Position numbers and translations under genes: made by a program
DNA from: Eledone cirrhosa
Lineage: Eukaryota
Assembly: GCA_964016885.1 (NCBI GenBank)
Contig: OZ024741.1
Span: 74,152,001-74,216,000, forward strand
Length of the DNA: 64,000 nt
Direction: 5' to 3'
Part shown: positions 50,321-63,509 of the stretch, one piece after another
Layout: each line of letters begins with the position of its first letter
Position numbering within the stretch: the first letter of the stretch is position 1
The notes under the pieces: generated by a model
The model's database searches: none
Told to the model about the DNA's origin: nothing
Seen by the model: the letters and a program-made list of their open reading frames with translations, nothing else

Positions 50321-51829
50321 AAACAGCCTTAAGAGTGTGGGGAATCTTTTCTACTTGAAAAGCCATCTTTAAATAAAAAAAATATGAGAATATATTATTA
50401 AAAAATACATACAAGAAAACATGATTTTAGCTAACACTTTTCTTCCTTAATGCAATTTTTGGATTTGAATTTTATTTGAAATTGTTTCAATGTCCAGGTC
50501 ATAACTTGTGGCTTATATTTTAATACAAAATTGTAGATTTAATAAAATAGAAAAAAATGTTCAGAGCACATAAGAGCCACTTAAGATTGGCTAAAGAGCT
50601 GCAAGTTGCTGATCTCTGTATTAGATGGTAGATTTATAGAAGCTCACAGAGAATTGGATAAAATACCTGCAGTATTGGGTTACGGTCCTTTATCTTTTGA
50701 GTTCACTTATTATATTGCAAGAGTCAACTTTGCTCTTCCACCCTTCTGAAGTCATTAAAATAAAGTACCAGCCATGTACTGGGATGATTTAAGATTCCTA
50801 TAAAGTATCCTAGATATGAATGGAACTATAACACAGGGATGGGAGACAACTTTGTATTGATGTCATTAGATTTTGAGGGCTTTATCTATCACCAGATGAG
50901 ACCAAGGAATTAAGGTTTTCACTGCAGATACTATCTGCCATTTGCAACTCTGGACAGAAGTATTACTGCTTTTCCAGTGACATGAGGTGAAATTTGTACT
51001 CAGAAAACAGAGTTGGAACAGACATACACTACAAATCATCCCACCTGACTTTTTAACAATTCTGCCAATCTACCCACTCTAGATTAGTACTTTATTTATT
51101 ACCTTGAGAGGATGAAAAGCAATGTTTACCTCAGCAGGATTTGAACTCAGGATGAAAAGACCCAAAACAAATACTGAAGCATTAAATCCAATGCTCTAAT
51201 GACTGCCAATTCACCCCCTTTGCAATGATTCTTATGCTATCATAATTATTAGTTCATTTTTTTCAGCAATAGCCACAGGGAATAGCTCATGACACCTTTT
51301 CTGAGATTGGAGGATGGAAAAAGAACATTAAGTCTACTGACAGGATACAGACCCAGTATCTACTGCTTGCCATGTAACTGCATATAGGTGGAGCCCTATC
51401 AGTTTCCCTGTTACATTTCTCTCTTTCAAATTGCTTCTTAAAATGCCTAATATAATTTTCCTATTGGAAATCTTAGGTCTTATTTCATTCCTAATATTTA
51501 AGTCTTTTGATACTAAACCACCTGAAGTCACCATTGCTTCTATAATTAAAAACAAACAAACAATATGTTATAAAGAGTTTATATTTATCTAAAACTTCCC
51601 ATAATAATTTTATGTAAGAACTTTTGTAGAGCTATATTTAAAACATCAGCTTAATAATGAGAATATGAGTATATTGCTTCAAATAATGGATTATTTTCAA
51701 AATGATTTGAAAATTATGAGTTGTATCTTTCATTAGAAATAAAGTACTGAAAGGGTTAATTGGCATCTTTTGGTGTCAAGAATTTTGATAAAGAACAAAA
51801 TACATGGAAAGCCTTGGTGAGTTGTTTTA

Positions 51830-52470
51830 AGTGGAGATTGATTGTAGTGATCAGATTCACACCATCTTCATTTCCTGCATCTTGGCTTCATGGCACTAAG
51901 GTATTATTTTGATAGTGAATATGTGTTCTGCACTTCAGTGGCTTACTGAATATCCAATGCATTTAGAATCCACTTGATTAAGTTCCAGTCCATCAGACAC
52001 AGCCTCCACCAAACATTAAGAAACTGCTGTTGAGGATCAAGGGTTGTTCCTCTAGATCTGTATAGGTCTGCATAATATAGGGATTTCCTTGCGTAGATTT
52101 TAATCAGGGACAACCTCAGTACTATGTTAGAGGATCAAATTTTGAATACAACATGACTTGGCAATGATTGGTTGCAATGAACAGATCCACACTATCTTCA
52201 GTTCCAACATCTTGGTCTCACAGCACAAAGGTAAAATTTGTATTCTGTTAAAAGAGACTGCCAGGTCCCTAGTTTATCAGACAGGTTCCACCTAACAATG
52301 TGCCAATCTTCCAAACACTGTTTTCATCCAACAGTGTTAAGAAAACCACTGTTGAGAGACTTAGATTTATTACCAAAGGATTGTTGACCTCTAGATCTGA
52401 CCAGATCTGTGAGCAGATTTTAATTTGAGAGGATTTCAGTTCTGATTTAGAGGATGAAGCTTTGACTAGA
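51830..52470. repeat. Diverged ~330 bp tandem duplication
   Basis: ACACCATCTTCA..CATCTTGG..., CTCTAGATCTG and CAGTACTATGTTAGAGGAT each recur about 330-350 bp apart. Confidence 0.7.
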
Positions 52471-53914
52471 ATATAACTATCCCCTTGTGATTAAAGAGAA
52501 GAGCTATCATCATCATTGTTGAATGTCCATTTTCCACACTAGCATGGGTAGGACGAAAATTAGCTTTGACCAAGATGAGATACATATGTTGCATTAGCTG
52601 CTGAAAGGTATAGACCTTTCCTGAGATTTTGAGTATTTAACTATATTGAGAAGAAAAATTTAATCACTGTATATTAGATATTGATACACACCATCAAAAG
52701 GTAGGTACTAGGAAGGGCATCCAGCTATAGAGACCATGCTCCAAAAGGGTTGAAGAGATTCTTCAATTGCGTCAATGTCACAACAACCTCTGTAGTGGCG
52801 GTGCCATGTAAAATGCTCTCTATACCCCAGCTGTAGAAACCATGCCAAAAATAGTTACAGAGGATCTTCAGTTGTGTCACAGCCAAGACAATTGCTCTAG
52901 TACTTCCCCATGATAAAATGCACCTAACATACCATGTAAAATGGTTGGCAATAGGAAGGGCATCCAGCCACAGAAATCATGCTAAAGTGGAATGTATCTT
53001 GAGCAAGAATTACAATTAAGTTCTGACTTGGTTAGTAATGATCCATCTAATCCATGACAGCATGGAGAAATGGAAGTAAAATGGTGGTAATGATGATGAT
53101 GATGATGATGGTGATGTTGAGCTAACTTTAGAGTCCATCATTTTGAGGCCCATAGGTTTTACTACAGAATGTTTATGTGATAACATTAAATTCATTTACA
53201 TATATCTGTTATTTCCATGCAAAGACATTGTATATATATTTATATATACATACATTACAAAATGTTAACTGTTTTAACAATATCTTGCTTATAGAGCCTT
53301 GGGATATATATAAAAATATAATAATGAATATTATTTTGATTTCCTTGATACCATATAGGTTTAATGGTAAATTTCTCTTGAAGCCATTTTTAGTAACTAT
53401 ATATTGATTTCTTCATAACAAATCAAATCAAATTTCAAATATAAAATCAAAGATAGATACATTTTTTTTCTTTTACTCAATTTTAAATATTTTCAAAGTG
53501 TATTTATATCATAATGATAAAGCAAATTCTCCAATAAATAAATAATACTTTCTTCTATAAATATGAAACAAAATTCAAAGTGAATTGTATTCTTTCAATA
53601 ATAAACTATATTTGTATCACATTCCATTCCTGTTAAGTGTGTTGAACATAGAATTATCTAAGCTAAAATACCAGAACCTGAAGAATTATCTACAAGTATT
53701 CATTTTTAGTTGAGTTGACTTGAGCATTGTGAAATGAAGTGCTTTGCTTAAGAACACAATATGCCACACTCATGACATTACAACTGTAAGTGCAACACCC
53801 TAATCACAAGGCCATATGCCTTTACAGTTCTCAACAATTAAAAATAAAATAAAAAACACACAAACACAAAAAAACACTCCACAGAAAGGGAAGTAATTCA
53901 GTTAGTCAACTTAC

Positions 53915-54111
53915 TCAAGTATTGGCATTGATCCTCGTCTTTTACATTTCTGGATCATGTTAGCCTGATTTTTAAGACTAATTATGATCGTGGAAGGTCT
54001 TAACTTGCATGGTTCACCATCAACTTGCATAGGTATTGTTTTGTATGTGGTCAATTTCACCTCCTGACATTGTATCAGTCGTTCACCATGACCACCAACC
54101 TGTACTGTTGC
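53915..54111 (-). CDS. DGKZ: Diacylglycerol kinase zeta/iota-like, exon 1 of 12 in window (end of accessory domain)
   Basis: Boundaries ttcag|GCA...CTTGA|gtaagt. Translates [65 protein letters not shown], matching the type [14 protein letters not shown]...QVDGEPC motif. 197 nt, phase 0 to 2. Confidence 0.96.
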
Positions 54112-54416
54112 CTGAAATATAAAAACAATATTTATATACTAGTACACACCCCATTGTTTTATGGAAAGATCAAACAAAATTTTATTCATTAAATTGTAAC
54201 TTGTTTGTGGAAATCCCAGTGGAAGGAACCTATAGCAAAGAGAGATCTATGTGGCAGCTGTGAGAACTGATCACTAAAACTCACAGAGATGATGATGAAA
54301 GACCATGATGAATAGAGGGATGCTATGCTGAAATAGATGCATCCAACCCATACAAACATGGAAAATCCTGGCATAAAAGACTGATATATATATATATCAT
54401 CATCACCGTTTTACGT

Positions 54417-55078
54417 CCGACAGCTGAGCTCCGGCTGTTTCGACAGCTAGATCCGAACTAAGCCACCAGTATTAGAACAGTGGGAATCTAGCTGAACTTA
54501 TCAAGGGGCACAGTCCATATATGGGCATACAGTCAAACAAAAAAGCAAAAAAATAATAAAAGTCTGTTGTTTTTCTTGTTTTTCTTGTTTTTCTCCAGGA
54601 GTGGCCAGTATTCAGGGGGAGGGTATCCCCAGATCAAATGGCACGTTTAGTCCTGCTAAATATCATGTATATAGTTTATTACATTCTTGGCAGGTGGGGG
54701 TGGGGGTAAATAGGCCGAAATACAAGGGGTAAGGGGTCAGTAGACAAACTGACCTGAAAATGCCAAGCTGATCAAGGCACACATGCCATTAAGAGACATT
54801 TTATCCTAACCAACTATTTCTAATCTGTAGAAATGGTAAATCAAAGGTAAAGAAACAAATGAGAGAAAATATTTTATCTAGGGAATCCCCCATCCCAAAT
54901 TACTGACCACCCCCAGAGAAAAAGAAGAAAAATAACAAACTTTTATGATTTTTTTGCTTTGACTGCATGCCCATATATGCATTGTACCCCTTGATAAGTT
55001 CAGCTACATTCCTGCTGTTCTAATACTGATGGGTTAGTTCAGATCTAACTGTTGAAATGGCCAGAGCTCAGCCGTCGG
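54417..55078. mobile_element. MITE with ~130 bp terminal inverted repeats
   Basis: CCGACAGCTGAGCTC...TAGCTGAACTTATCAAGGGG...CATATATGGGCAT is mirrored at 54945-55078. Confidence 0.85.
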
Positions 55079-55143
55079 GGTCCTGAATCTTTTCATATTA
55101 CCCACTCTACTACCCCAAGTACTCTGGTGGGTTATGGTACACT

Positions 55144-55180
<37 letters not shown>

Positions 55181-55307
55181 GCTTCAAGAAGTATATATAT
55201 ACTTAATTATCTCAATTTAGCAGACATTAAATGATGATGATGTATATATACTTGGGGAAACGAGTATATATGGGCTCATCGTTGCTATTTTATCTCTTCA
55301 TTATGTG

Positions 55308-56530
55308 TATAATAATAATAATAATAATAATTAAAAATAATAATAATAAGCAGGAAAGAGACAGAGACAAGCATTTATAATAATAATAAAAATAATAATG
55401 AAAATATTGTGTACAGTGCTCAGGTGCACTAAAACTCATCAAAAGTGTATGTATAGTACATAGGGTAATGTACAAACGTCAGGAAAATGAACAGTGCATG
55501 AGTCATGATATACACGTGTGCATGTGTATGGAAAGGGGACATCAGGTGTAGTTTTGGCGAATTTCGGGAAGCATGAGGGTTTTAAAGGATGCAGTGTCTT
55601 GGCAGCTAACAACTGACGCAGGTAGTTTGTTCCATGCTTCAGCAACTCTAAGCGTGAAAAAATGTTTCGGAAAGTCAAGGGAGCTGTGCGGTTTTCTGAC
55701 TTTGTAGGCATGTCCACGTGTGTTAGACACATGGAAATCAAAAAGGTGGTCAGGGTTGTTGTTGGCGAGATGGTTAATAACTTTGTGGATGTTTACTAAG
55801 TCCGTTGCCAGACGTCGGAACTTCAATGAATCCATGCCCAGGGAAGCAAGGTGTTCAGAGTATGGTAGGTGTCTGATGGAGGGTATGCGTTTGGTTGCAC
55901 GTCTCTGAACAGTTTCCAGGAGGTTAATGTTCTGAGCAAGATAGGGGTTCCAGACTGATGATGCGTATTCCAAGTGTGGTCATACCATAGCTGTATACAG
56001 CTTTAAATAGATGGCTGGAGAGCGGCTGACAAAGGTCTTGCTGAGTGATGCCAAAACACCCTCGGCCTCCTTGACAATCTTAGAGATGTGCTTTGTCCAA
56101 CGCGAATCGCTGCTGACAGTAATGCCCAGGTTACATTCACAAGAGGACTTCTTGATATCAGTGTTGTGGAGGGAGTATGTAGACGCTGGATTTTTCCTCC
56201 CAAAATGCATGGTGGTACACTTGTCCACAGCTAGCTTCAGTTGCCAGTCTGTGATCCATTGCTGCATTGTGTCCAGGTCTGATTGTAGGAGGAAAAAGTT
56301 GTAGGTTTCAGGATCAGTCCTTTTGATTTCAAGGTACAGCTTGAATTCATTTGCATATTTCAGTACCGTGGCATTCTTTAAGTTGGCATCTATGTCATTA
56401 ATATATGCCACAAACAAAAGGGGACCAAGAACAGATCCCTGTGGTACACCAGATAACATCTCATACGGTGAAGAATGCTGTCCTAGAACCGTGACTACCT
56501 CTTTTCGGTTGAGAATGAAGGATTTCAACC
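55308..56530 (-). mobile_element. 5'-truncated CR1-clade LINE (RT C-half, 3' UTR, (ATT)n tail)
   Basis: Motifs SGVPQGSVLGPLLF, LKYAN, EYASSVWNPY, VQRRATK, NTRGH and FFTLRVAEAWNKLP. Confidence 0.93.
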
Positions 56531-57100
56531 AGCACTCTGTAAAGTGTTTGGCATTTGAATGGAGAAATATAGATTACAGAGGACTCTTCAATCTTGCCAA
56601 GTATTTGTCAACCTCTCTAGTGCTGGTGCCATGATAAAATACACCCAGTACACTGTGCAAAATGATAGTACTGGTGCCTCAACAAAATGTGCACTTTACA
56701 CTGGTAAAAGTGGTTGGTATTAGGAAGAGCATCCAGCAGTAGAAACCATGCCAAATATAGAATATAGGAGCAAGACATTGTTTCCAACCAGTCTAGTTTT
56801 GGAACCCATACCAACATGAAAAGAAGATGTAAAGTGCTGATGCTGATAGATGTTGCTTCAAGGTTCCAGTGGACAGAGTGGCAAATGTGTTACCTCATAT
56901 ATATCACGAAGAGAAAACAAAAGCAATACATGAAAACATTTACTTACATACAAGAGCATTTTCCAAAATACTACTTATTGATTGGTGTGGAATAATTGAT
57001 TTTTTTTCCTTAAGATAATTGTACAGAGTATAATTGAATAGAATATAAGAGATGATACAAACAAAAAAAACCCTCTTATTAACCAAGTGATATACATGTT

Positions 57101-57134
57101 GTTGCCATGGAAAAGTAATGGTTTTCATGGCAAT
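57101..57134. promoter_or_regulatory. Pair of RFX X-box-like motifs
   Basis: GTTGCCATGGAAAA (57101-57114) and GTTTTCATGGCAAT (57121-57134) compared with consensus GTTNCCATGGNAAC. Confidence 0.35.
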
Positions 57135-57176
57135 TAGAAGCCACTTGTTCTCTCTATAAGCACACAATTTTATATT

Positions 57177-58301
57177 CACCCTTTTGTTACCAGATTTCTA
57201 ATGACAGACACTGTCATGATTTGCAAATAATTTTGTAAAAAATTTGTAAGAATTTAATAATATAACTAACTTTCTCATAATTAAGTTGGTGTATAGAATA
57301 TAACCTAATAACTGTTCTTTATGAAATTATTATGAAAGGATTTTAGATAAATTACACTTTAACCACTTTTGTTACTATATTTCTAATGAAAGACACCCTT
57401 TTTGTAAATAATAAAAAATTTGGAGGGATTTAGTAATATAACAAATTTTCTCATTATTAAGTTGGTGTTTACAACATCAATTTACAGAGGAATTATTATG
57501 GAAGGTTTTAATATAAATAGACATTTAACCCTTTTGTTACCATATATCTAATAAAAGACACTGCCTATGATTTTCAAATAATTTCGTAAATAATCATGAA
57601 TTTGGATGAATTTAGTAAATATAACTTTCACCTTATTAAGCTAGTATTTGGAACATAGCTGAAAGGGTTTTACATAGAATTATGGAGGAAGTTTTTACAG
57701 GTATATAATAATTCTTTCTGTTGCTAACCACATTACAGCATACACTGGATATATTTTATTATGTCACTGGTACCAGAATAAACCCTTTTGATATCAAACC
57801 ACCTAAAACTGCCCCTAGATGCATACAAAACTGTTTGTTTTAAAGTGTTATATTTATCTACAAACCTTCCATCATAATTGTCTGTAAAAACCTTTGTTAA
57901 GTTAACTTCGAAACACAAGCTTAATAATGAGAAAGTTCTTTATATAACTAGTGATGGTGCATGTTGTAGTGGTTAGGGTGTTGGACTCACAATCGTAAGG
58001 TTGTGAGTTTAATTCCTGGGCTGGGAATCATATTGTGTCCTTTATTTCATGTTGCTCCAGTCCACTCAACAGGAAAAAATGAGCTACGACAACATTGATG
58101 CCAAGCTATATCTGCCCTTGCCTTTCCCTTGGAAAGCATCAGTAGGCATGCACCCTGGAAAGGAACTTTTCAGATGCAACCTTATGGTGAGTTATGACCA
58201 AAAGAGCTACTCCTTCTATTTACAGTAGTACTAAATTCCTTCAAATTCTTGAATATCATAGGCAGTGTTTTTCATTAGAAATATGGTAATGAAAGGGTTA
58301 A
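57177..58301. mobile_element. Cluster of piggyBac-like MITE copies (three tandem, one opposite with nested SINE)
   Basis: Repeated (TTAA)CCCTTTTGTTACC starts at about 57177, 57359 and 57525. A copy in opposite orientation runs 57781-58301 and ends AAAGGGTTAA. Confidence 0.7.
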
Positions 58302-59396
58302 TAAATAGGACTTGCTTGTACAGTGATACCAATGAAACCTTAGTTGTTTAAATCATTATGCTTATAATCATGCTGGGTGTTTATTTGTTTGACAGAATAA
58401 TACTAAAAAAATCTGTCTAATATTTTAAAGTAGTTTTAAGTTTGTTATTGTTTTTTACTATATTTATTGAATTTTAACAGGGAAATCAACTATTGGTCAA
58501 TGGCAGCACTTGAAAATGTCATTTGTTTGAATAAAGCTACTTGACATTCATAAAAAGCTCCCAATTTAAGTTGGTATCAAAACCAAAAGAAGTCTTTTCT
58601 CTCTCTTCTCTTCTAATGATCTCCATTTCACAAAAAAAAAAAGAAAGAAAACAGAGAATACTATTGAGTTAAAGCCAAAACTTTATTGACAATAATGCAA
58701 TTTTGTATCTGGAGGCAGGATTATGACACATTACTGATAAGCTCAATGTTGTTTATGCTGTTTATGTAATTGCAAATACATCACAAACAACTAGAATTAC
58801 TGCAGAATCAAAATGAAGAATGATTCAGCCACAAGTCATCAAATATTTGGAATTTGTTTCAAAGACCCAGTCTTCTTAATGTGATATATCTCCATATAGG
58901 TCAAAATAGCAAAGCTGGTAGTGGTGTTTATAAATATCGATATTATGCTCATTACAAAAATATTTTATTTGAGAAAAAAAAAAACAATAAAAAACCTACA
59001 GAATATATTTCTTTAAAATTTTGGCTTATCACCTTTAGTTATCAATAGTGGAATTATTTTGTGAATAAAAACCAAGATAGCAATTTTTATCTATTTTTTA
59101 AATTATTTTTTCAAAATCCCTCCAGCACTTTATCTTTGTTGTTTGTTTTATGTTTGCTTTTCTCATTTTAATTTTGTTTCACAAATAGTTGTTTTTTTGT
59201 TCATTTTTTTGTTCCACATTAGTACAGACATGACCGTGTGTTTAAGAAGTTGGATTGGGAACTACGTAACTGTGAGTTCAGTCTTACTGAACAGTATCTT
59301 GGAATAGTGTCTTCTACAATAATCTCAGTTTGACCAATGCCTTGTTTGTGGAGTTTGATAGCCAGCAACTGACTGCAGAATCATACTGTGTGTGTC

Positions 59397-59437
<41 letters not shown>

Positions 59438-62400
59438 CAATTACAGCATAGAAGAGTCATTATAGCCATTTAAAAACACAAAAAAACTGTTAACTTCGCT
59501 TCATGTTTATCGTTTATTTCTTGGTGTAACATTTTAAATGCATAGTTTGTAACCTGGTCCCCGACACAGTTCCACATACACACACACATATATGTGTATG
59601 TGACAGGCTTCTGCAGTTTTTGACTACCAAATTTTACTCACAAAACAATGTAATAAGACACTTGCCCAAGTGCAACACAGTGCAAGTGAACCCCCCAAAA
59701 TCACATAGTTGCATAGTGAAATCCTTAACCACACAGCAGGCCTGTTTATTATTATTATTTTCATTCTAGTTTTGATCTTTTTCCGAAAAAATTATACACA
59801 ATCCTTTTTTAATACATTCAATCATTAAATTGTATTTTATTTTGGTTTTACCATTACTTCTTGTTTGTTTATTTCATAAATTAATGTTTATTTTGTAAAA
59901 AAAACAAAAAAAAATCAACAGCAGCAGCAGCAACTGAACAAATTAACAGATTTATTTAAAATATATATTGGATATATAATTTAAATCGAAGATAACTAAT
60001 GAAATAAAACTTCTCTTAATCTTTTTGTTGCCATATTTTTAATGAAGGACACTGCTAATGGTTTTCAAATAATTTTGAAAAGAATCAAAAACTTGGAGTA
60101 TAACTAACTTTCAAATTATCAAATTGTTGTTTGGAACATAACTTAAAGATTTGTAAATAAAATTACGATAAAAGGTTCTTAGATAAATATAAACATGTTA
60201 GGCAGTTTGGTATCAAAAGGTTTATAACTCTGTCAAGCAAATACCCAGCCTAGTTATGTTTATTAGGCACACTGATTTTAAAAATTAGAGTATCATATCA
60301 TCATCATCATCATCATCATCATTTTACGTCCGCTTTTCCCTGCTTGCAAGGGTGGGACGGGTCTTATGTATATAAAAACTTCTCAGCATAATTTTATGTT
60401 AGAACTTTGTGTTAATTAATGTTCTAAACACCAGTTCAATAATGGAGAAGTTAATTATTTTTCTAAATCCCTCAAAATTGTTTATTATTTTCAAAATTAA
60501 CAGAAACACACAGAGCATTTTTCATTGGAAATACGGTAACAAAAGGGCTAAACGTAAGGATAAGATTCCATATACATATATCAATACATAATAATGAAAA
60601 GTATGGAGAAACTGATTTAAACTGAATGTTTTGACCATTACATAAGATTGAATCTATATTGCACACATTATTTTGTTACCATATTTAAAATGTGGTATAA
60701 TTTGTTTTGAAAACAATGAAGAATTTTGGAGAATTTAGTGATATAGCTTAAATTTATCAATATTAAACTGAAGTTTGGAACATTATTCAACAAAAAGTTC
60801 TTACATAAAATTATAACAGAAGGTTTTTAGATAAATATAAACATTTTAAAATGAGCAGTTCTGTATCATAAAATGAGAGGCATTTCCAAACAGGTTGTTA
60901 CCAAAAGGGTTAAATCAAATGTAAAGGCAGATACAAAAAAACGTATGAAAGAGAATTAACACCTTTGTGATTGAGGGCATCGAGCTATAGAAAGCTTGAC
61001 AAACAAAAGGTTGTGAAGCTTTTAGAGCACCATTAGTTTCACAGTTGTGTCAAAACATGACAACCTCCCTTGTGATAGTGTTACAATAAAATACACTAGG
61101 TAAAGTGTGGGACTGTATGTAAGTGAGAATGCGGGCTCACAGCTTTTATTTAGGGGCAATATTTTTACAATTTCCATCAACTTCAAAATCTACATAAATA
61201 AGGTGCTAAAATATCTGGAGTGATTATTTCACAATGAAACACTGTTTTTCTACATCGTGTAGATCGTATTTATGTGTTGCCATGAAAACATTCCCAACAT
61301 ATTTTTATCATTTGAAATTTTTAATATATAAATATCTCCTATGCATACACATATGCACATAAACACGTGTGCCAACTGTTTTTATCTGTGCTTTAATTAT
61401 ACCTTTTTGTTTTGTTTTATTTTGCTTGCTCTCTCTCTCCTGCCTTCTCTTTTTCTTGCCCTGCCTTTCCTCTTTCTCTCACTGTCTCTATCCCCACTTT
61501 CTCTTCTGAATCTTGAGACAGACAGTGTTATCTTAGTTGATCTCTTTCAAATAGTCTATATTCATTTCGATCTTCATGAAGTGATTTTTAATGATCAGAG
61601 TGGACTGGGCGTTTTTTTCATGCCACTTGCATGACCACCATACAGGGTGCTCTTCTTCTTGTGTCACCAACACGACCACCTTACAGCGTGGGCTGGGTGT
61701 TTTTTTTCTCATATCACCAACACAACCACCTTACAGGGTGGAATGGGTGCTTTTTCATTCTTCCATATCACCAACATGATCACTATACAGAGTGAACTGG
61801 TAACCTCTTGTGTCACTAGCATGACCACCTTATGACTTAATGCCTTTTCTATCTTGGCAGCAGCATTGTAGGATATCAGATATGAAGCATGTCCAGTTTC
61901 CAAGCTTGTATGCATGGGTTGGGCAGGAGAGGTGTATCAGGGATGAGGAGCGAGGGTTGGAGGAACAAGAAAGCAAGTTCAACATAGACAACATAAGTGG
62001 GATTAGGTATTATGGAAGGTGAATGGGGGGGGGGGGGAGAAAACTAGTGCAGGCTAGTATCCTCTACATGTTTGTTTCATCATATATATATATATATATA
62101 TATATAAATCATACATAAGCAATCAAGACAATGCAAAGATTGAGAATATAGATGTTAATAGTTTGATACGTTTATGCATTACTAAAAGGTTCCTTCAGAT
62201 GACTTTAAATACATATGTATATGCACACATTTAAAGCTGATCTCAGGATGTTGAACTTCACAAAGGATAAGACAACAGAAAAAATGGAGATATGCTGTAC
62301 AGACAACACATCTAACTTAAGCAATCATAGAAAAAAATAACCCAGATGTAAAAACGATGAATATTGATGATGATGATGATGATGATGAAAAATAAAAAAA

Positions 62401-63157
62401 TAAGATGAAAGAAAGAAAGAAAATGATGATGATGATGATGGTGCTGATGATGGTGATGCTGCTGCTGATGGTGATGATGATGATGATGAAACAATGCAAT
62501 AAACAAACATCATAGGATAGACTGGTTGAAGCACTGACAATTTTCACATTTGTAAAGAGAGATTACTTTTTCATAATGCTTCAGGAAGAAGAAGAATAGA
62601 ACAGAAGTTCTACTTGATATAATGTGTTTTTTTAATAAACATCCTCAAAGAAGATGTCGTCAGACAACAGAAATCTAAGTGAAAACTTAACAGACGGATA
62701 AACTGAGTTGATCAACAGTCACTTAACACTGGCTTCCAAACTTACAATCTCACTTTCAGTCAGAGAAGGAAATTAGTTTTCTGTTCACCTGCCAGTCTAG
62801 TAGTCAACACTGACATACGCAATTGAATATAGAAACATACATACACACACATACCCATGCTAGCGTGGAAAGTGGACGTTAAACAAGGATGATGATGACA
62901 CACATATACAGATACATACAATCACACACACATATATACCTATATATATATACAGGGTGTCCCCCCCAAAAATATATACACACTATGATTACTTGTACAG
63001 GCAATATTTATTAAAATGCTGTTGAAGTGTGTATATACACACACACACATATATAAGTGTGGGAGAGGTGTATCTCTGGATGACTGGATAGGACCAGCAG
63101 ATATTTCATATGCAAAATCTATATATGTTGTAGTTTATTGTAATCTTAGTAGTGCAT

Positions 63158-63218
63158 GAGTGAACATCACTGATGATGGATTAGAAAATCCAGAAACACT
63201 AGTGTCAGGTATTCTCAC
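63158..63218 (+). ncRNA. Type I hammerhead ribozyme motif (Penelope pLTR type)
   Basis: CUGAUGA (63170-63176), stem II UGGAUU-AGAA-AAUCCA, GAAA, palindromic stem III ACACUAGUGU, cleavage C at 63206. Stem I is only partly paired. Confidence 0.72.
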
Positions 63219-63509
63219 AAAGCTACTGAGATAGCTGTGACATGATCACAACTTAAAATATTCATATCAAGATGTATATATGTAAACATATTGTATATGC
63301 CTTCATATACACACTATCTTAGTGCTGCTGTTAATATATATATGTTTTATCTTACTGATTCCATGCTCTAATGTCACTGCATTAGTGATAGAGGTAGTTA
63401 ATGTGACAGAATTATCAAGCTTAGAATAGCTATAGGAAGTAGAATGGTGACAATTACATCTACTTATGCACCACAGGCAGGACTGAGTAAAGAATAAAAG
63501 GACAAGTCC

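Noticed and set aside
51334-51555. Possible extra DGK exon or 18-nt microexon after an AG near 51540
   Set aside because: The donor (gtggtt) is weak, the sequence resembles the MITE family end, and the exon is not needed for phase.
62312-62547. His/Ser-rich ORFs
   Set aside because: These come from (GAT)n/(GCT)n trinucleotide repeats with no splice or homology support.
62746-62808. Exon-like segment with AG and GTAAG borders on the minus strand
   Set aside because: It has stops in all three frames and no DGK similarity. A non-coding exon cannot be supported from sequence alone.
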